Shown here: positions 10,501-23,340 of the stretch, one piece after another
How the letters are laid out: every line of letters begins with the position of its first letter
Position numbering within the stretch: position 1 is the first letter of the stretch
Assembly: GCF_000143415.4 (NCBI RefSeq)
Contig: NW_003314399.1
Location: 205,428-269,427 of the forward strand
Direction of reading: 5' to 3'
Origin: Selaginella moellendorffii
Taxonomy: Eukaryota; Plantae; Lycopodiophyta
Length of the DNA: 64,000 bases
The notes under the pieces: model-generated
Databases searched by the model: none
What the model was told of the DNA's origin: nothing
The model's input: only the letters and a program-made list of their open reading frames with translations
Translations under genes and position numbers: made by a program

Positions 10501-13500
10501 GTAATTTGCAACAAAGTCCTATCATGCGACTATTATATACACCTACAATATGCAAAAGCATTTTGCTTAAAGGCACTGATTGGTTTATCAAAAGATTGCA
10601 TGATAAAAAATGGACAAAGTCTTTCAAGATGGTAATCTCCACTATTATATTTGCAATACAGCTTTATTACCTTCTTTTTAACAAATGCTTGTGGTAGTGC
10701 ACATGATGAATTTTTACCCATTGATCCATTTGCTATTGCACCAACACAATAGCCCCTATATATAGCATACCATTCCCCACTTGCAGCACAGAAATCCCTA
10801 ACTTTGGAGGGTAATGTACTTCAACTAAAGGACAATAAAGGTGAAGATGAAGAGGATGAGAAAGAGGAATTTGACATAGAAAAAGAGTTGTTTGGGTAGG
10901 ACTATAACCCATCATTGTCATTTGAAATACCTATCAGAAGTATTGCAAGTAATATGCTTTGAGACTATATAAAGCACTAGTTCATTTACATATCTTTTTA
11001 GAATGACCTATAGTTGTGGAGGATAATTTCTTAATTGTGGAGGAAAATCACACAATCCCACCACCACCACCTTTTAATCTAGAGACTAGCTAGAACCCAT
11101 TGCCTCTAATAGAGTTATTGGATGATCACACTCTTTTTAAGTAAGCCCTAAAAATTTAGCTTTATAGTATTTTAGTAAGTATTAATTTTTTCTATTTATA
11201 TTTCTAGTCTTGTTGGCAAGCAAACCTGTTGGATAGATATTGTCAATGTATATAATAAAACAACCCACTTGGCAAATGAGAATGACATACAATTCAAACT
11301 ACTCAAACATGAGGAGATACAAGCTATATTAGAGGCAACAACAATGCTCAAGCACAATAATGACTATATGCCACAAATTGAATAGCTCAAACATAATGTC
11401 CTTGGCTGTTTTGGAGTTCGGTACATGACAAATGAGGATCATTTAGAAGTTATTGGAGAGCATAAAGAATTCAAATGGCTAGGTGGATAAATATTTCTTT
11501 AGCATATCTTGAATTTTCATATGGTGCCTTACTAGCAAGATTTTGAAGTTGTCCTAAGTAGAGTTCTAATTGCTGAAGTGGGGTATGAGAAAGCATTTTA
11601 TAATAGGAGCATATATGAGCTTCTTTAAAGGAGTCTACAAAATATGGTTATCTCGATTTTGCAAGAAGTAATGGTTTAATTTAATGACAGAAGGTAAAGT
11701 TTTTACTTTCTTATAGGACTTTACATCACAACAAGGATCTTGTAGACAGTTTGAGGGCAATTTTTTAATAAGTATTGCCAATACTCTAGAACATCCATTA
11801 ATAAGGCAATGCTTCATCCATATTGTGAAGCCTAAAGATGGTTGATAGATTCCCAAGTGATGGTATGTTTGTTTACACAATTTATGTCAATCTTACAAAT
11901 ATCTAATACAATCTAATATAATGAATTCACTTGTTTCCAAGCTTTGTTTAACCTAGAGTTCCAAACACCAAATTTCAATGTGGTCTATAGTAAGGTAATT
12001 GGAGGAGCCTTGATCTGGGAGACAACTACAATTGATTGGGGTGGCCCACATGGAAATGCAATCAAACAAGTCATTCTTCAAATTCCTCAAAATATAAACT
12101 CTAATAGTATCAATCTCTAACAATTCTTTTGTATTTTATTTTCTTCAGTTCGAAGGATTATTTATAAAGGGTGAGGGGGGCTCATATTAGCACCCATAGA
12201 AGCCAGCACAACTAAGAAACTTATGTCAAAGAAAGAAGAACATAATAAGTATTGTATATGCTTTTAGATTGCATCTTCATTAAAGTTGTTTTTTCTTTCC
12301 TTAGGCCTGGGTGGCTTCTGTTTTTAGCATTTGAGAACAATGCTTAAGTATTAAGAGGTTTTACAATTGCCACCTTGCAATTGCCACTAGAGAGGTTTCA
12401 AATTTAGATGATCATAGGCTCAATTGAGAAAGGGTTTACGAGCAAGACTTGAAGTTTTACACACCAAAGGTGTGGAATGTATTGGATATACTACATAAGG
12501 TAGCAACTTGCACAAACTTAGATGACTAATGCAAGGCTATAGACTATACATTGGAGAATAACAATGCTATTGCACATTTAAATGCATTTATATTTGCAAG
12601 ATTGGTGAACTTCAACATTGACTATGAAGAAAGTCATCAAATGTTATGTGGCAATAATCATTTGGAAAGTTTTTTTCGATGACCTAAGTGTAGTGGGGGA
12701 TTGGCTATGAGCTGTATTCCACCACTCCATGGTCATGGAAGCTATGCAATGGCTGTATATAAGTGGCATTTTACTTGGTGTTCCAAGTGCAAATAGTAAT
12801 TAACTCAAGAAAACTCCTCAACTATTTAGTTTTTGGACCAAATTTTTTATGACAACCAAAAGTAGTGGATTGAGGAGGTAATTGGAGGTAAGTACAATAT
12901 TTGTTTTGTCTTGTTCATCAACTATAATTATGTGCAATGGCAGAGATGAGTCCCAAATGGTTATCATTGCTCCACAACTTTGTGGTGGACTCACCAAAAT
13001 TCTGTCTAAGATCACCAATCTATATTAATTGTGACACCTCCAATATAGATTCAGCCTCCTACCCAACCTCGTCAACATGTACTCACTCCATTACCTTCTT
13101 ATAAAGGTACCTAACAAAGAAGTGGTTTAAAAAGAAGTTTAAATTTGCTATTCAAAACCCCTTGTGCTATTAGAATGTTTAAGAACTTTTGAGAGGATGT
13201 GATTTTGTCCTTGTTAGACACTTTTCAACTGTTTTATCCCTAAAACTTGAATGAAAATAAAAACTAGGTATATCTTTTACTATTAGAAATAAACTAGATG
13301 AAAATTGTAGAATATTTATAATATTTGACAAATGCTCATTATAAATTTTTATCACCATGCTCCCTAACCTTGGAATTGATAGTTGTGTTTGCCAAAGATG
13401 AAATTATAGAATGCATAGTTGGAGATCAAACTAGATTGTGGGGATTATCTTGATTAGAGATATCATCTCTGAAGTCTTCTTTAATTGTTTAGTACCCTTC

Positions 13501-14271
13501 TTTGGCTATGATGTATCCATTGTTGTTACTTATATCACTTGCTATGTTTCTATTGTTGAACAAGGAATTATGGGGACTATGAGAGATGGCTTTGGTGACA
13601 TACTATCCTATCTTGATCTACAATCACTATAACTTGTTAATGGTATGTAGCATGTGGGCCAAAATGAGTGCTTGCCTTTTGGAAGTTCCAAAACCTGTGG
13701 GGTGAACCCTGCCCAAACCAAATTTTAGCCTCATAAGCATTCTAAAAGCCTCTTTATTTTGGTTGTTCAAAAGGAAAGTCATGAACTTTAATCACAAACA
13801 CACAACTAACTATGTAAACATATATTCAAAACATGAATCTTACCAAAGCTTCTACAATCCACTAATCTTTGAATATCTTCTTCCACACAATACAAAGAGT
13901 AATTCTGCCCATTATCAAAACATAACACTACAAACACAAAATAATTTATTCAAAAGAGTTTAACCCATAGATACTTCAATTTGGGTATTTGATTGTCTTC
14001 TCCTCCAAACAGACAAGCCTTGAATGAGTGTGATGGATGCATGTATGACACATAGGATATAGGGGATGGGGCCATTCAGATGGTCATAATGGCCATCCCA
14101 GAAATTCATGAGAAAATTTCAGTTGGGCAAAGGTATATTCAAGAGATATTCTAAGGTGTATGCCACATGGGTTTACTGGGATTTACAAATAGCACGCCAT
14201 AAATTGTAATTTTACATATATCTAGTAGAACATAATTTATTTCTGGTTTTTGTAATTTAAATTGCATAATA

Positions 14272-16515
14272 CTATCTGCGAGCCACGGACGTTTTGCCGC
14301 TGGAAACGGTCCCCGAGACGGGGCTACCGGAGCTCCGCGAGGTGTCCGAGCTCTTGGACGTGGTCTCCGAGTTGCCCAGCTTGGTGCTAAAGAACTTGGT
14401 CAGCATCTTCCTGGAGCCCGAGAAGAGCCGCTTGGACGACGACTTGGCGGTGCTGTTGTTGCTCCCCTGCTTTATCACGTCCACTTCGATCTGCGACCGC
14501 TCCCTCTCGGCCTCGGCGATCCGCTGCTTCATGTTGGCCAGATCTCCCTTGAGCGCCTTGAAGTCGTGGTGGACGGCGTCCCAGTTGTCGTCGGTGGTGC
14601 TCGACGATTGCATCGCCTCCACGATGCTGTCGTCTTGTGCCGGGAGCAGCGCCTTAATGTTGTTTGGGATGTCGTTGAGGATGAGGCCCCCGGACACGGC
14701 CGCGCGGACTTGCTCGAAGAAGAGCACCTGGACGACCACGCGGAGTGGCAAGCGGTCGTTTTGTGCCGCGTGCATGCAAGCCTCCATCGATAGCTTCTTG
14801 CAGTCCATCATTCTGCACAGCTTTTTCTTCTCGCTTTTGCCGGTGCTTGGATGCTCCTGTAGTATAAACAAGAGTGCTTTGCTTAGAAAATGAGAACGAG
14901 CTTAGAAAATGTAGAAAAAAAAATACCACCATACCTTGAGATAGATGTCGATGGCTCTGTAGATCCCGTCGTGCACGGGCCGAGCAAAATCCGGAATGGC
15001 CTCCGCGAGCGCCATAAACTTTGACAGCGGCAAGTTTGCGTCGCGGGCAACCTCCGCTAAGTAACCGTCCAAGAGTTTCGCAACTCGCAACTTTGCGCTG
15101 TGAGTTGCCGATGTTGACCTCCTACTTTCCGCAAAGTCCAGGTTCTCTGCCGATCTCGTCCTCCTCCGCTCGTGAGCTATCCGAGCCCGGCTCGGGCTCA
15201 TCGGCGGGCTCTGGTCTTGCATGAGAAAGTTCTCCACAATCCGCTGCACGAGATCCACATCGTACAGCGATCCGCTCGAATACGAGACCGATGGTATAAG
15301 CAGATCGCTGACGGATGCCTCCTCGAGTTGGAGCCCGACTCTCCTGGCCAGCTCGTTCTTCGCGGAACTCGCAGCACCATACATAGTCGCAGCCTTTAGA
15401 AGCTTGAGGAGAAAGCTGCACGACGTGCACGCCTTCTCGGGTGGAAGCAGGCTGACGATAGTCTCCAAAAGTAGCCTGTGCTTTGCCGTTGTCTCCGCAA
15501 AGTCACCGCTTGTGTTGGCAATGCCGCCGCCTCCTAAGTTGTTGGAGCTCTCGATGAGATTCTGCTCCTTGGAAAGCCCCGGCAACCAGCGGTAGGCATA
15601 AATCCGGACAGCCTCTCCGATGAGCTCGTGTGACATCCGTCCCTTTGCCTTGATGGCCAGCATAACTCTCCAGAAGAAGTCGATCTCCAGCTCGCACACA
15701 TCCTCGACCCACCAATCCTTCGGAACCGGCTGGAGCCTCCGGCTGTGCGATGAGTTCCATGCCGAGCCGGACGCGGGCGTTTGATCGGCTGGAGTTATCC
15801 TCGTGTAGGTGTAAGACCAATCCACCTTGGACGGATCCACGGACGTCTTTGAGGAAATTGAGTCGATGCATCTGCTGACAATCTTCAAGTCCTCGGACCA
15901 CGGCAGCAATCCTTTCGTGCTCTTGAGTGCGATGATGGAGTCTTTCCAGCTGCGAAAGATGCTGGAGTTGAGGAAAACTTCGAGCTTGAATATCATGTTC
16001 CCCTTTTCGATGCTTTCGGACATGTCGAGGTACTCGGCCGCACATCGGACTGCCACCACATTGTAGGCATTGAGTGTAATTGTGATACCGTAGCAGAACT
16101 TGGCACACAGCTCGAAGATTTCAGCTCCGCCAGGGAAATCCGGCAGCGGGATTTCCTCGCTCGAACTGTCACGGGCCTCTGCCACAAGCTTGTGCAAGCG
16201 ACCGCTCTTTGATAGAAGAGGGAACTACAAAACATAAGATCGGAATAAAACCATTCTTTTAGCAGCCACGAGAAGAATCGGCCCGAGCATACCTTATGGA
16301 GAAGGAACCTCGCTCCATTGACTTCCACCGAGACATCGCTGGTCAGGTCTGACACAACAATCCTGCTCACACAAAAGAACGAGATTGGTTTCTTCCAGGA
16401 GATTGAGCGTCAAAAAAAAGGCAAAAAAAAGAAGGATAAAACGGAGCAAGACTTACGTGACACTGCCATGACTTTGGAAAATGTCCGGCTTTGATCCAAG
16501 TTTCATGTACTTCAT
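14272..16515 (-). CDS. NPH3/RPT2-like (NRL) BTB/POZ-NPH3 protein, NPY/MAB4-related clade; exons 16515-16457, 16362-16293, 16224-14935, 14856-14272
   Basis: N-terminus [13 protein letters not shown]; BTB motifs [13 protein letters not shown] and [10 protein letters not shown]; DWWVEDV; NPH3 motifs [16 protein letters not shown] and [35 protein letters not shown] introns give a continuous frame. Confidence 0.95.
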
Positions 16516-17027
16516 CGCTGCTGCTGCTGGCCGCTGCTCGCTCTTTGTGCTTTGTGACAGAGCGGGGCTCCCACTCCCGGAGAAAAATTCAAGGCAGCGG
16601 GATCTCTTTCGGTGCGAAAGAAAAAGAGTGTGTGCCGACGAGGCAGCGGTTGTTGGAGGAGCTCACGGGCAATGCCGGCTATTTACGCTGCCCTCTCTCC
16701 TCCTCTCCACTTGATATATATATGCGTGACCCCTCCAATTCACCAAAGTCCCCTGCATACTGGCGAGAGATGGCGACTTAAATCCCCCCCTCACGACTAT
16801 GTTCCACACAGTGCCGCCGCGAAGCACGAGAATCTCAAACTTTGCGGCATCTTTCCCCGTCAGATCTGTGAAGTTGTCTGTAAAAGTTGACTGGAGATGT
16901 AGCGGGGACAAACTTCCTTGAAGCCCAATCCTCCTCCCAAGTTGGAACTTGGAGCTCACAAAGCTTGGAACTTTGGAGCCAAGAAGAAGACGCTTTGAAA
17001 AAGCTTTTCGTCCTGCGAGAAGAGGAT

Positions 17028-17051
17028 GAGGAGGAGGAGGAGGAGGAGGAG
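17028..17051. repeat. (GAG)n microsatellite
   Basis: About 8 GAG units upstream of the NRL gene. Confidence 0.8.
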
Positions 17052-20000
17052 GTCGCTGTCGCTGGAAGAGAATGCCGCTGCTATAGCTCGAGGATGGATT
17101 TTTTTTGCGTCTGGGCTGTGGCTGCCTCTTCTATAACACTCCAACAAAAGTGGCTTGTACTTGTAAAAGACGACCCAACGTTGCTGTGGCTAGGATCATT
17201 CCTCCTGTGTGTGTATTAGCATTCCACTCACGAAAAAAAAAGATTCGCCTCGTCCCAGCTTTTCCAATTCTCACGACCCCACCCCCACTGCCGAGACAAA
17301 TCGATCCCCAAAAGAAAATCGCCAATACCTCCTCTGTGACAGTGTTGTGTGTTGGCCTAATATCTTTTCTTTTCTCTCTCCCTGCCTTGTTCTTGTTCTT
17401 CCTTCTCTCTTCCCTTTAGCTTTAGCCCCTTTTGTCCTCGGTCGGGAAATCCCTGTGCCAATCCCTCGCGCTGGAGCTCCACAAAGAGCCAACGCGCGCA
17501 CTAGAGCGCGCTAGGAATCCAGTCTCGGACGAGAAAACCCTAGCCTAGGGGAGTGATCGATTCCCAGGCCGCCGCGAGCGCGCTAGCATCTAGGCGCGCT
17601 AGCTGCTAGGCGCGGAGATTACCAGCACAATGCCGGGATTGGCCGCGATGCTGCGATGTGACACAAGAACCAATGCGTGCTCCCCCGCTGTGATCAGCCG
17701 GCGGGGCCCTTGCCGCCGCTCCGGAGCTTCGATCCGCGCTGCAAAACCTAGAATTCCCTTTCGCAGCCCATCCTGTGTGGCGTGGCTTGGGCTTGTCAAG
17801 CATGTTTGCTTCCTCCTGGGAACAACGAATGAAGAACTGGTTTTTACGGCCTCGTAATTGTAAATTCCAATTTCCATCCCCTCCGTTTAAAGCAAAAATT
17901 CTTGGCGCCTCACGTGTACTGCTTTTGCTTTTACCCCCTCGCGGTGGAAAAAAAAAACAGGTAACAGCTTTACTTACCACGCCGTTAAAAGTTTAAAGTG
18001 TGTGCACGTTACACACCAAAGAAGTTGACGGGCCGGCAGGAAAAAAGATTCACCACGCGTGGTAAGTTGCGCACGCGAAAGCTGCGCCGTCGGATTCATT
18101 CAGGCATTTGGTAGATTTCTGACACCTGGCCGGCAATGCTGGACACCTGGCAGCCCCTTGGTACGGGAATGTTTTGGCTAGAGGCGTACGGAGGTGGAAG
18201 TATATAGTGGCGGTGGGTGGTGCATTGTGCCAAAACAAAAGCTTGCCATGCCATCTAATTCAAAAGGCAAAACAAGGGCCATGTGCTCCCACCATGTACT
18301 TGAGCCGCAAAATCTTAACAGGCCAAGTTGATATTGACATTCCAGCCGCAAAGAAATAGATAATCTGGAGTTGCTGGGCAAAATGCCCAGTGAGGGCATC
18401 TTGCGTGTAGTGGGAAATGTTTGGGTCTTTCTACCAACCAGGCGTATAGCAACAGGTTCCGAGCATGATGGGCAAGTGAGTGAGTGCCGTGGATGGTCCG
18501 TAGTGTCGGAGGAAGCTCTCGAGAAGAGATATTTTATCCGCCAAAGTGGTGCGCGGTTGCTCGATGATGGCTTGCTTGAACATGTCCATTGTCCTAAACC
18601 CTAAAACAAAAAGGTGGTGGAGGGCCGCTTTGGCGCTACTTTGGTGTTGTTAGTGGCTGATTGCTTAATAAATTTGGCCCGGCCGCTACAACTGCAAATG
18701 CCTACAAGCAGGAGGAACAAAAAGATGCCAATTGGGTTTTGCATCCCACTAGGGACGCATGGATTTTAAAGCAGGGGAAGTCCCTACCCCACACTCGAAT
18801 AAGTGCAGTGAATTGGTTTCTTTTTTTAAAAAAAAAAAAGGAGAGAAAGGTCCTTTTTTCCTTTAAAAGCTCACTGTTCCGATCGAACACCTAACGACAA
18901 TCGCCAGTGAGATCAAACACAAGCAAGAGCTGCAAAGCTGCCTGTGGCTATAGCTATGGTAAATACATTGCCTAATGCTGGAAATATCTCCCACACACAC
19001 CTCGTTTCCCTCGCAGAAATCTTGCAAATCCCCAATCTCCATCTCAGTCCTTGTTTGTTCTTGTTTGTTGCTCAACACAAAAAAGGAGTGTCGTGGAGAT
19101 TATAGCAAGAGATATTTTTTTTATGCCCCCCGGCAATCATGAGTTGGAGACCTCAATGGAGACGGCACTGGGCGAGATTTTTGCTTTTGTGTTTGTGTGT
19201 GTGATTTGATTTGGTGACAAACCAAACCCATGGTTTAAACCACGGGAAAAATCTACGCGGGGGTTTGTTTCTTGGTCGAGGATGGCGACACGGTACCGGC
19301 GCTAGCCGGTGAGCCGCCGACCGGAATGCGACCCGCCAGCCACGTCAGCGCGCTGTCGGCCGTAGGTCGCGCGTGCAAGTACGGACTGTCGGGGTGGGCC
19401 TGTGGCGGGCCAATGGATGCCGTTGATTCGGTAGCGCTTCCCGTCCCACGTCACACTGACGCCGAGCTGGCTCCCCTTCCGTACAAACTCAAGCTTTGCT
19501 GGCTATGGGCTTCTCTCGCTTTGGAGAGATCTTCCAGAAATCTGTCCTCTCCCATGGCGATCACGACACATTCGCTCGAGATTTGTATTGGTTTGATGGA
19601 TTGAGAACCATCCAGAAACTCTGAGAAAACTACATGTAACCAGCCAGTAGAAAAGAGAAAGTCCCGCCGAGAGAACGCTCGGCACTCGCGAGATAGAGAA
19701 GAGAGAGAAAGATCTGTGTTAGTAGCAACTAGCTGTGAGTGTGTACACACTGAGAAGAGTGAGAAGAGTCATATGAGATGAAAGCTACCTAAGCTTCGCT
19801 CCCTTGTTTGTCCTGGCACAGTCGTGTGTGTGTGGATTATAACTTATATTGGTGCAAAGCTGTGGACCACTGCCCATGAATGCGTTTGACACAGCGTTGT
19901 CCCAAAAGGGGGCATTCAACCAAGCCAGACAAGCGCTCAATCAACTATGCTACAAACGAGTGTGGGCGTTTTCCTTTCGTTCTTTCTTTTTCCTTGGTTG

Positions 20001-22016
20001 CAATCGATCGTAGGACCACTATCACCCAACACTACTGCAGACAGCAACCAGCAGCGCAAAGGACCACAATGTTTATGTTGGTTTGCCTCTTTGTGCTCAC
20101 AAGTGGGACCTTAAACCTCGTGTTCCGTACGTGAGATGAGATGTGGAGCAACAACAAAAGCCAAGCTTGGATTTGGGATTTGGGATTTGAGATTTTTGGT
20201 GGTGGAGATGGTGGTGCTTGCGCTTTGCATTTGCTCGCCTGCTAGCTTTCAATCCCAAGTGGGGAGACGATATATGCTCCAATAAATCAGAGGTAGGAGA
20301 AAGGAGAAGCAAGAGGACCATTGTTTTTAAATCGGTGATATAGGCGTCTTTGGCCTGTTTCTTTGTACTCCCCGCGGTACAAACTCTTCGAACATGGAAT
20401 CTTTTCTCTTACTATAATAAGGGACTCCGTTTTGCAAAGGTTGATAACTTGATGCAAACGCCCAGCGTACGGACGTGCAGAATCATTGATTTTCACACTT
20501 GGAAGCTACTCCAAAGCGGTGGAAAGGAATCGCGGAATGATTTTTCCATTCTTTTCGCGCGGGAATGAGAATAAAATCAATGATTTTCTTTATCCTTGGG
20601 TAGAGAAATTTCTCAAAATGGGTGATTTTCTTACTTTTCCAGGAGCGGATATAGTTATATAACTATTGTTCTTCCTCGAGGAGGAATTTTGTGGACGGTC
20701 GAATAAATGGGCCGTGTAAATGTGATTCTTATCTAGAAGAGCATAAATTCCATATAGTTTTTTAATCCACATATCCTGAAATCTTTCAGCAGAATGACAA
20801 GACAAGGTAGTGTGTGTTGTAGATGCAGTGGTCGTGTCCTCTGCTGAAGAAGCAAGGACCTCTCAATTTCAAGGGTCAGGTCAGTCCATCGCTGCTCCTT
20901 GGCTAGCGCGCAAATGAGGAAGAAGAAGAAGAAGATGAAAAAGAATAAGTTCTGTGTGTGACCCCAGAGTCGACTAATATTCTGATCTTCTGGTGTGGAG
21001 GAACCTTTGCAGCTTTTCTACTTATTTTTATATATATTTCTCATCAAATTTCCTGTGATATTGATCGATCCCGGTCAGTCAATACTTGCAGGCAAATGCG
21101 AAATAATAATCACCATTGTATTATTACCAGCGCAATAATAATTAGGAACAATTCTGTATATGTGTGGATGAGGAATGAAAGAGGAAAGATTTAAAGATGG
21201 TATGGATGGAGGTTGAGAACATGATGTATTTTGAGTATTTATTTGTTAGAAGTTGGCAAAAGGTGACAGAGGTCCAACATTGGGACAAACGCAAGAAACA
21301 AGCAGAGATTCGGATGGATCCTCCTTTGAGACAAACGTAAGAGTGCGCAACAGTTTCTCTTCCACATTGTGCCGCAAAATAGACAAGTCGATGCAAGTTT
21401 AGGTCGGCCAGGCACGTAGAAAAGTTCAAAGATCTGGATGATATCATGGACTTTGCGGTGCAGAAATCTCGTGACCCTCGGTATCAGCATCGCGATCCAA
21501 ATCCAAGCTCAAATGTTTCTTTTTTCTTCCTCCAAACATCTGTTGGCGTGGATCCATCGGAATCCAGTGGACTGAATCCAAAATCAACGCCTAAAGCAAC
21601 TGTGTCTGATTTTTAAAGTCTCTCTCCCTCCAGAGTTTGCTTGTGGAGCTGTCAAGCGTGTCGGGGAGATCTAGTTTTTATTATGTTCCCCAAACTTGTT
21701 TGATAAAATGTGGGATGAATCCATCAGTCTCTTGGTCGACCAGAGATCTAGAGGGATCTGGTTGGGGCATCAACATCGGAGAGACGGCAGTATAACAAAG
21801 AAAAAAACACTAAAAAGTCCAAACCCAGCTTTCCTTCTTCTTTGACAAAGATTACAAGACGAACAAATAAATGTGTTTGGTCGCGGAATAAAGCATATTC
21901 CAGGCAATAAATTATTTTCTGTTAAGCAAGGAATAAAGCATATTCTAGGCACACTTTTTTCTCAAACACGGAAAAGAGATAGAACCTCTTTTATTGAACT
22001 TAATTTCTTTCGCACC

Positions 22017-23161
22017 TCAAACACGAAAAAGAGATAGAACCTCTTTTCCTTTGAACTTCATTTCTTTCGCAGCATTGATAATTTCTTCAAACATTAAACG
22101 TCTGAATGCTGCAGGGTGATCTTCATCGACCAGATGCGACGATGGCTCAATTGTTGCATTGACCTTTGGAAGCACAAAAGTAACAACGGACAATCGAGCT
22201 TTCTCCTTGTTTAGCACGGCTCGATGCTGGAGGCTAGGAAGAAAATCGTTGCTTAATACCTGGAAGAAATAACAAAACAATAGTCTCTAATAATTTATAA
22301 AGAAACAAGACTATACCTGCAAGCAATCCCCAACGTTGACGACAAAAGACCCATGCAGTGGCTTACAAGCGATCCATTTGGAGTCTTTGAGGAGCTGGAG
22401 CCCTCCAACTTCGTCCTGAAGGAGGATGGTGATGATATCGGGGTCTGTGTGGGAGCCAGCGCCAAGAACAAGGCCAGGCTCTTCGCAAGGAGGATACCAA
22501 TTGAAGCGAACGAGAGTTCTCTTCAGTCGCTCCCAGTGGCGTGTGAAATCCCCGCTAGTGACTCCCAGAGTCTCCTCCAGCAGCTGGAGGATCTCCAGAG
22601 CGAGCTCCTCCATAGCCATCGAGAACTTGTAATGCATCTCCCTGCACAAAGTTTTAGATCAACTTAGAAACAAAGAACATACTTGATTTCCTCGCTGGAA
22701 GGCCACAACTTCTCGGCAGCGATCTTGAAATCGCTGGGGTCGGCCCAGGAGTGGAACGATTCCTGCCAGGATTTGTTCTGTTTGACGACGCCGCAATGGT
22801 ATCCGGCAAGACTTCCGGACGAGTCATCCACCAGGGATTTAAGCTTGGTCTCGAGATCCATGTCGAAGATACCGCGAGCCCATGCAACCGTATCATCGAC
22901 GAGCTTCTCATCCACGCCGTGAGCCACCACTCGAAAAAAACCCCACTCGCAAACGGCATCTCTCACCTCCTCGAGCATCCGCTTGCGATCTTCGCCCGAT
23001 GAGGCACGAATTCTCGCGAGGTGGAGGCAAGGGATTGTGTCGGAGGCGTCATCGTATGCGTTGTGCGGAACGGTGGGACGATCGCCTGGATCAGTGACGT
23101 AGTAGTCCTCGATCGTGAGAGACTCCCCAAGAATTGCGTCTAGATTTGCAGCGGTCCCCAT
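22017..23161 (-). CDS. 2-oxoglutarate/Fe(II) dioxygenase (DOXC, gibberellin-oxidase-like); exons 23161-22683, 22641-22317, 22259-22017
   Basis: EWGFFRVVAHGV; NWYPPC...GSHTDPDIITILLQDEVGGLQ (HxD); LQHRAV (distal His); RLS (RxS). Introns of 41 and 57 nt. Confidence 0.93.
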
Positions 23162-23340
23162 GATCTCTCTCTCTCTCTTTTTCTTCCTCTCTAGTATTTT
23201 CTACAGAAGACCCTCTTTTCTGCTGGCATTTTGTTGCATGAGGAACAACACGACAAAATTGTAGCATTCCAACACGGCATCTTCTAAAACGTACACCACC
23301 TTTTGCTCATAAAGTGGGACTACGCCACCTTTTGCTTAGA

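Noticed and set aside
7800-14200. Short ORFs in the AT-rich block
   Set aside because: All frames are stop-rich and I recognise no domain; probably decayed transposon or gene relics, but not assignable by eye.
14294-14893. 199-aa antisense ORF, and similar shadow ORFs over the PPR, BURP and GT17 genes
   Set aside because: Expected by-products of GC-rich codon usage on the coding strand.
19690-19770. miR156/miR529-like AG-rich sequence
   Set aside because: No full match to a mature miRNA and no complementary star arm found.
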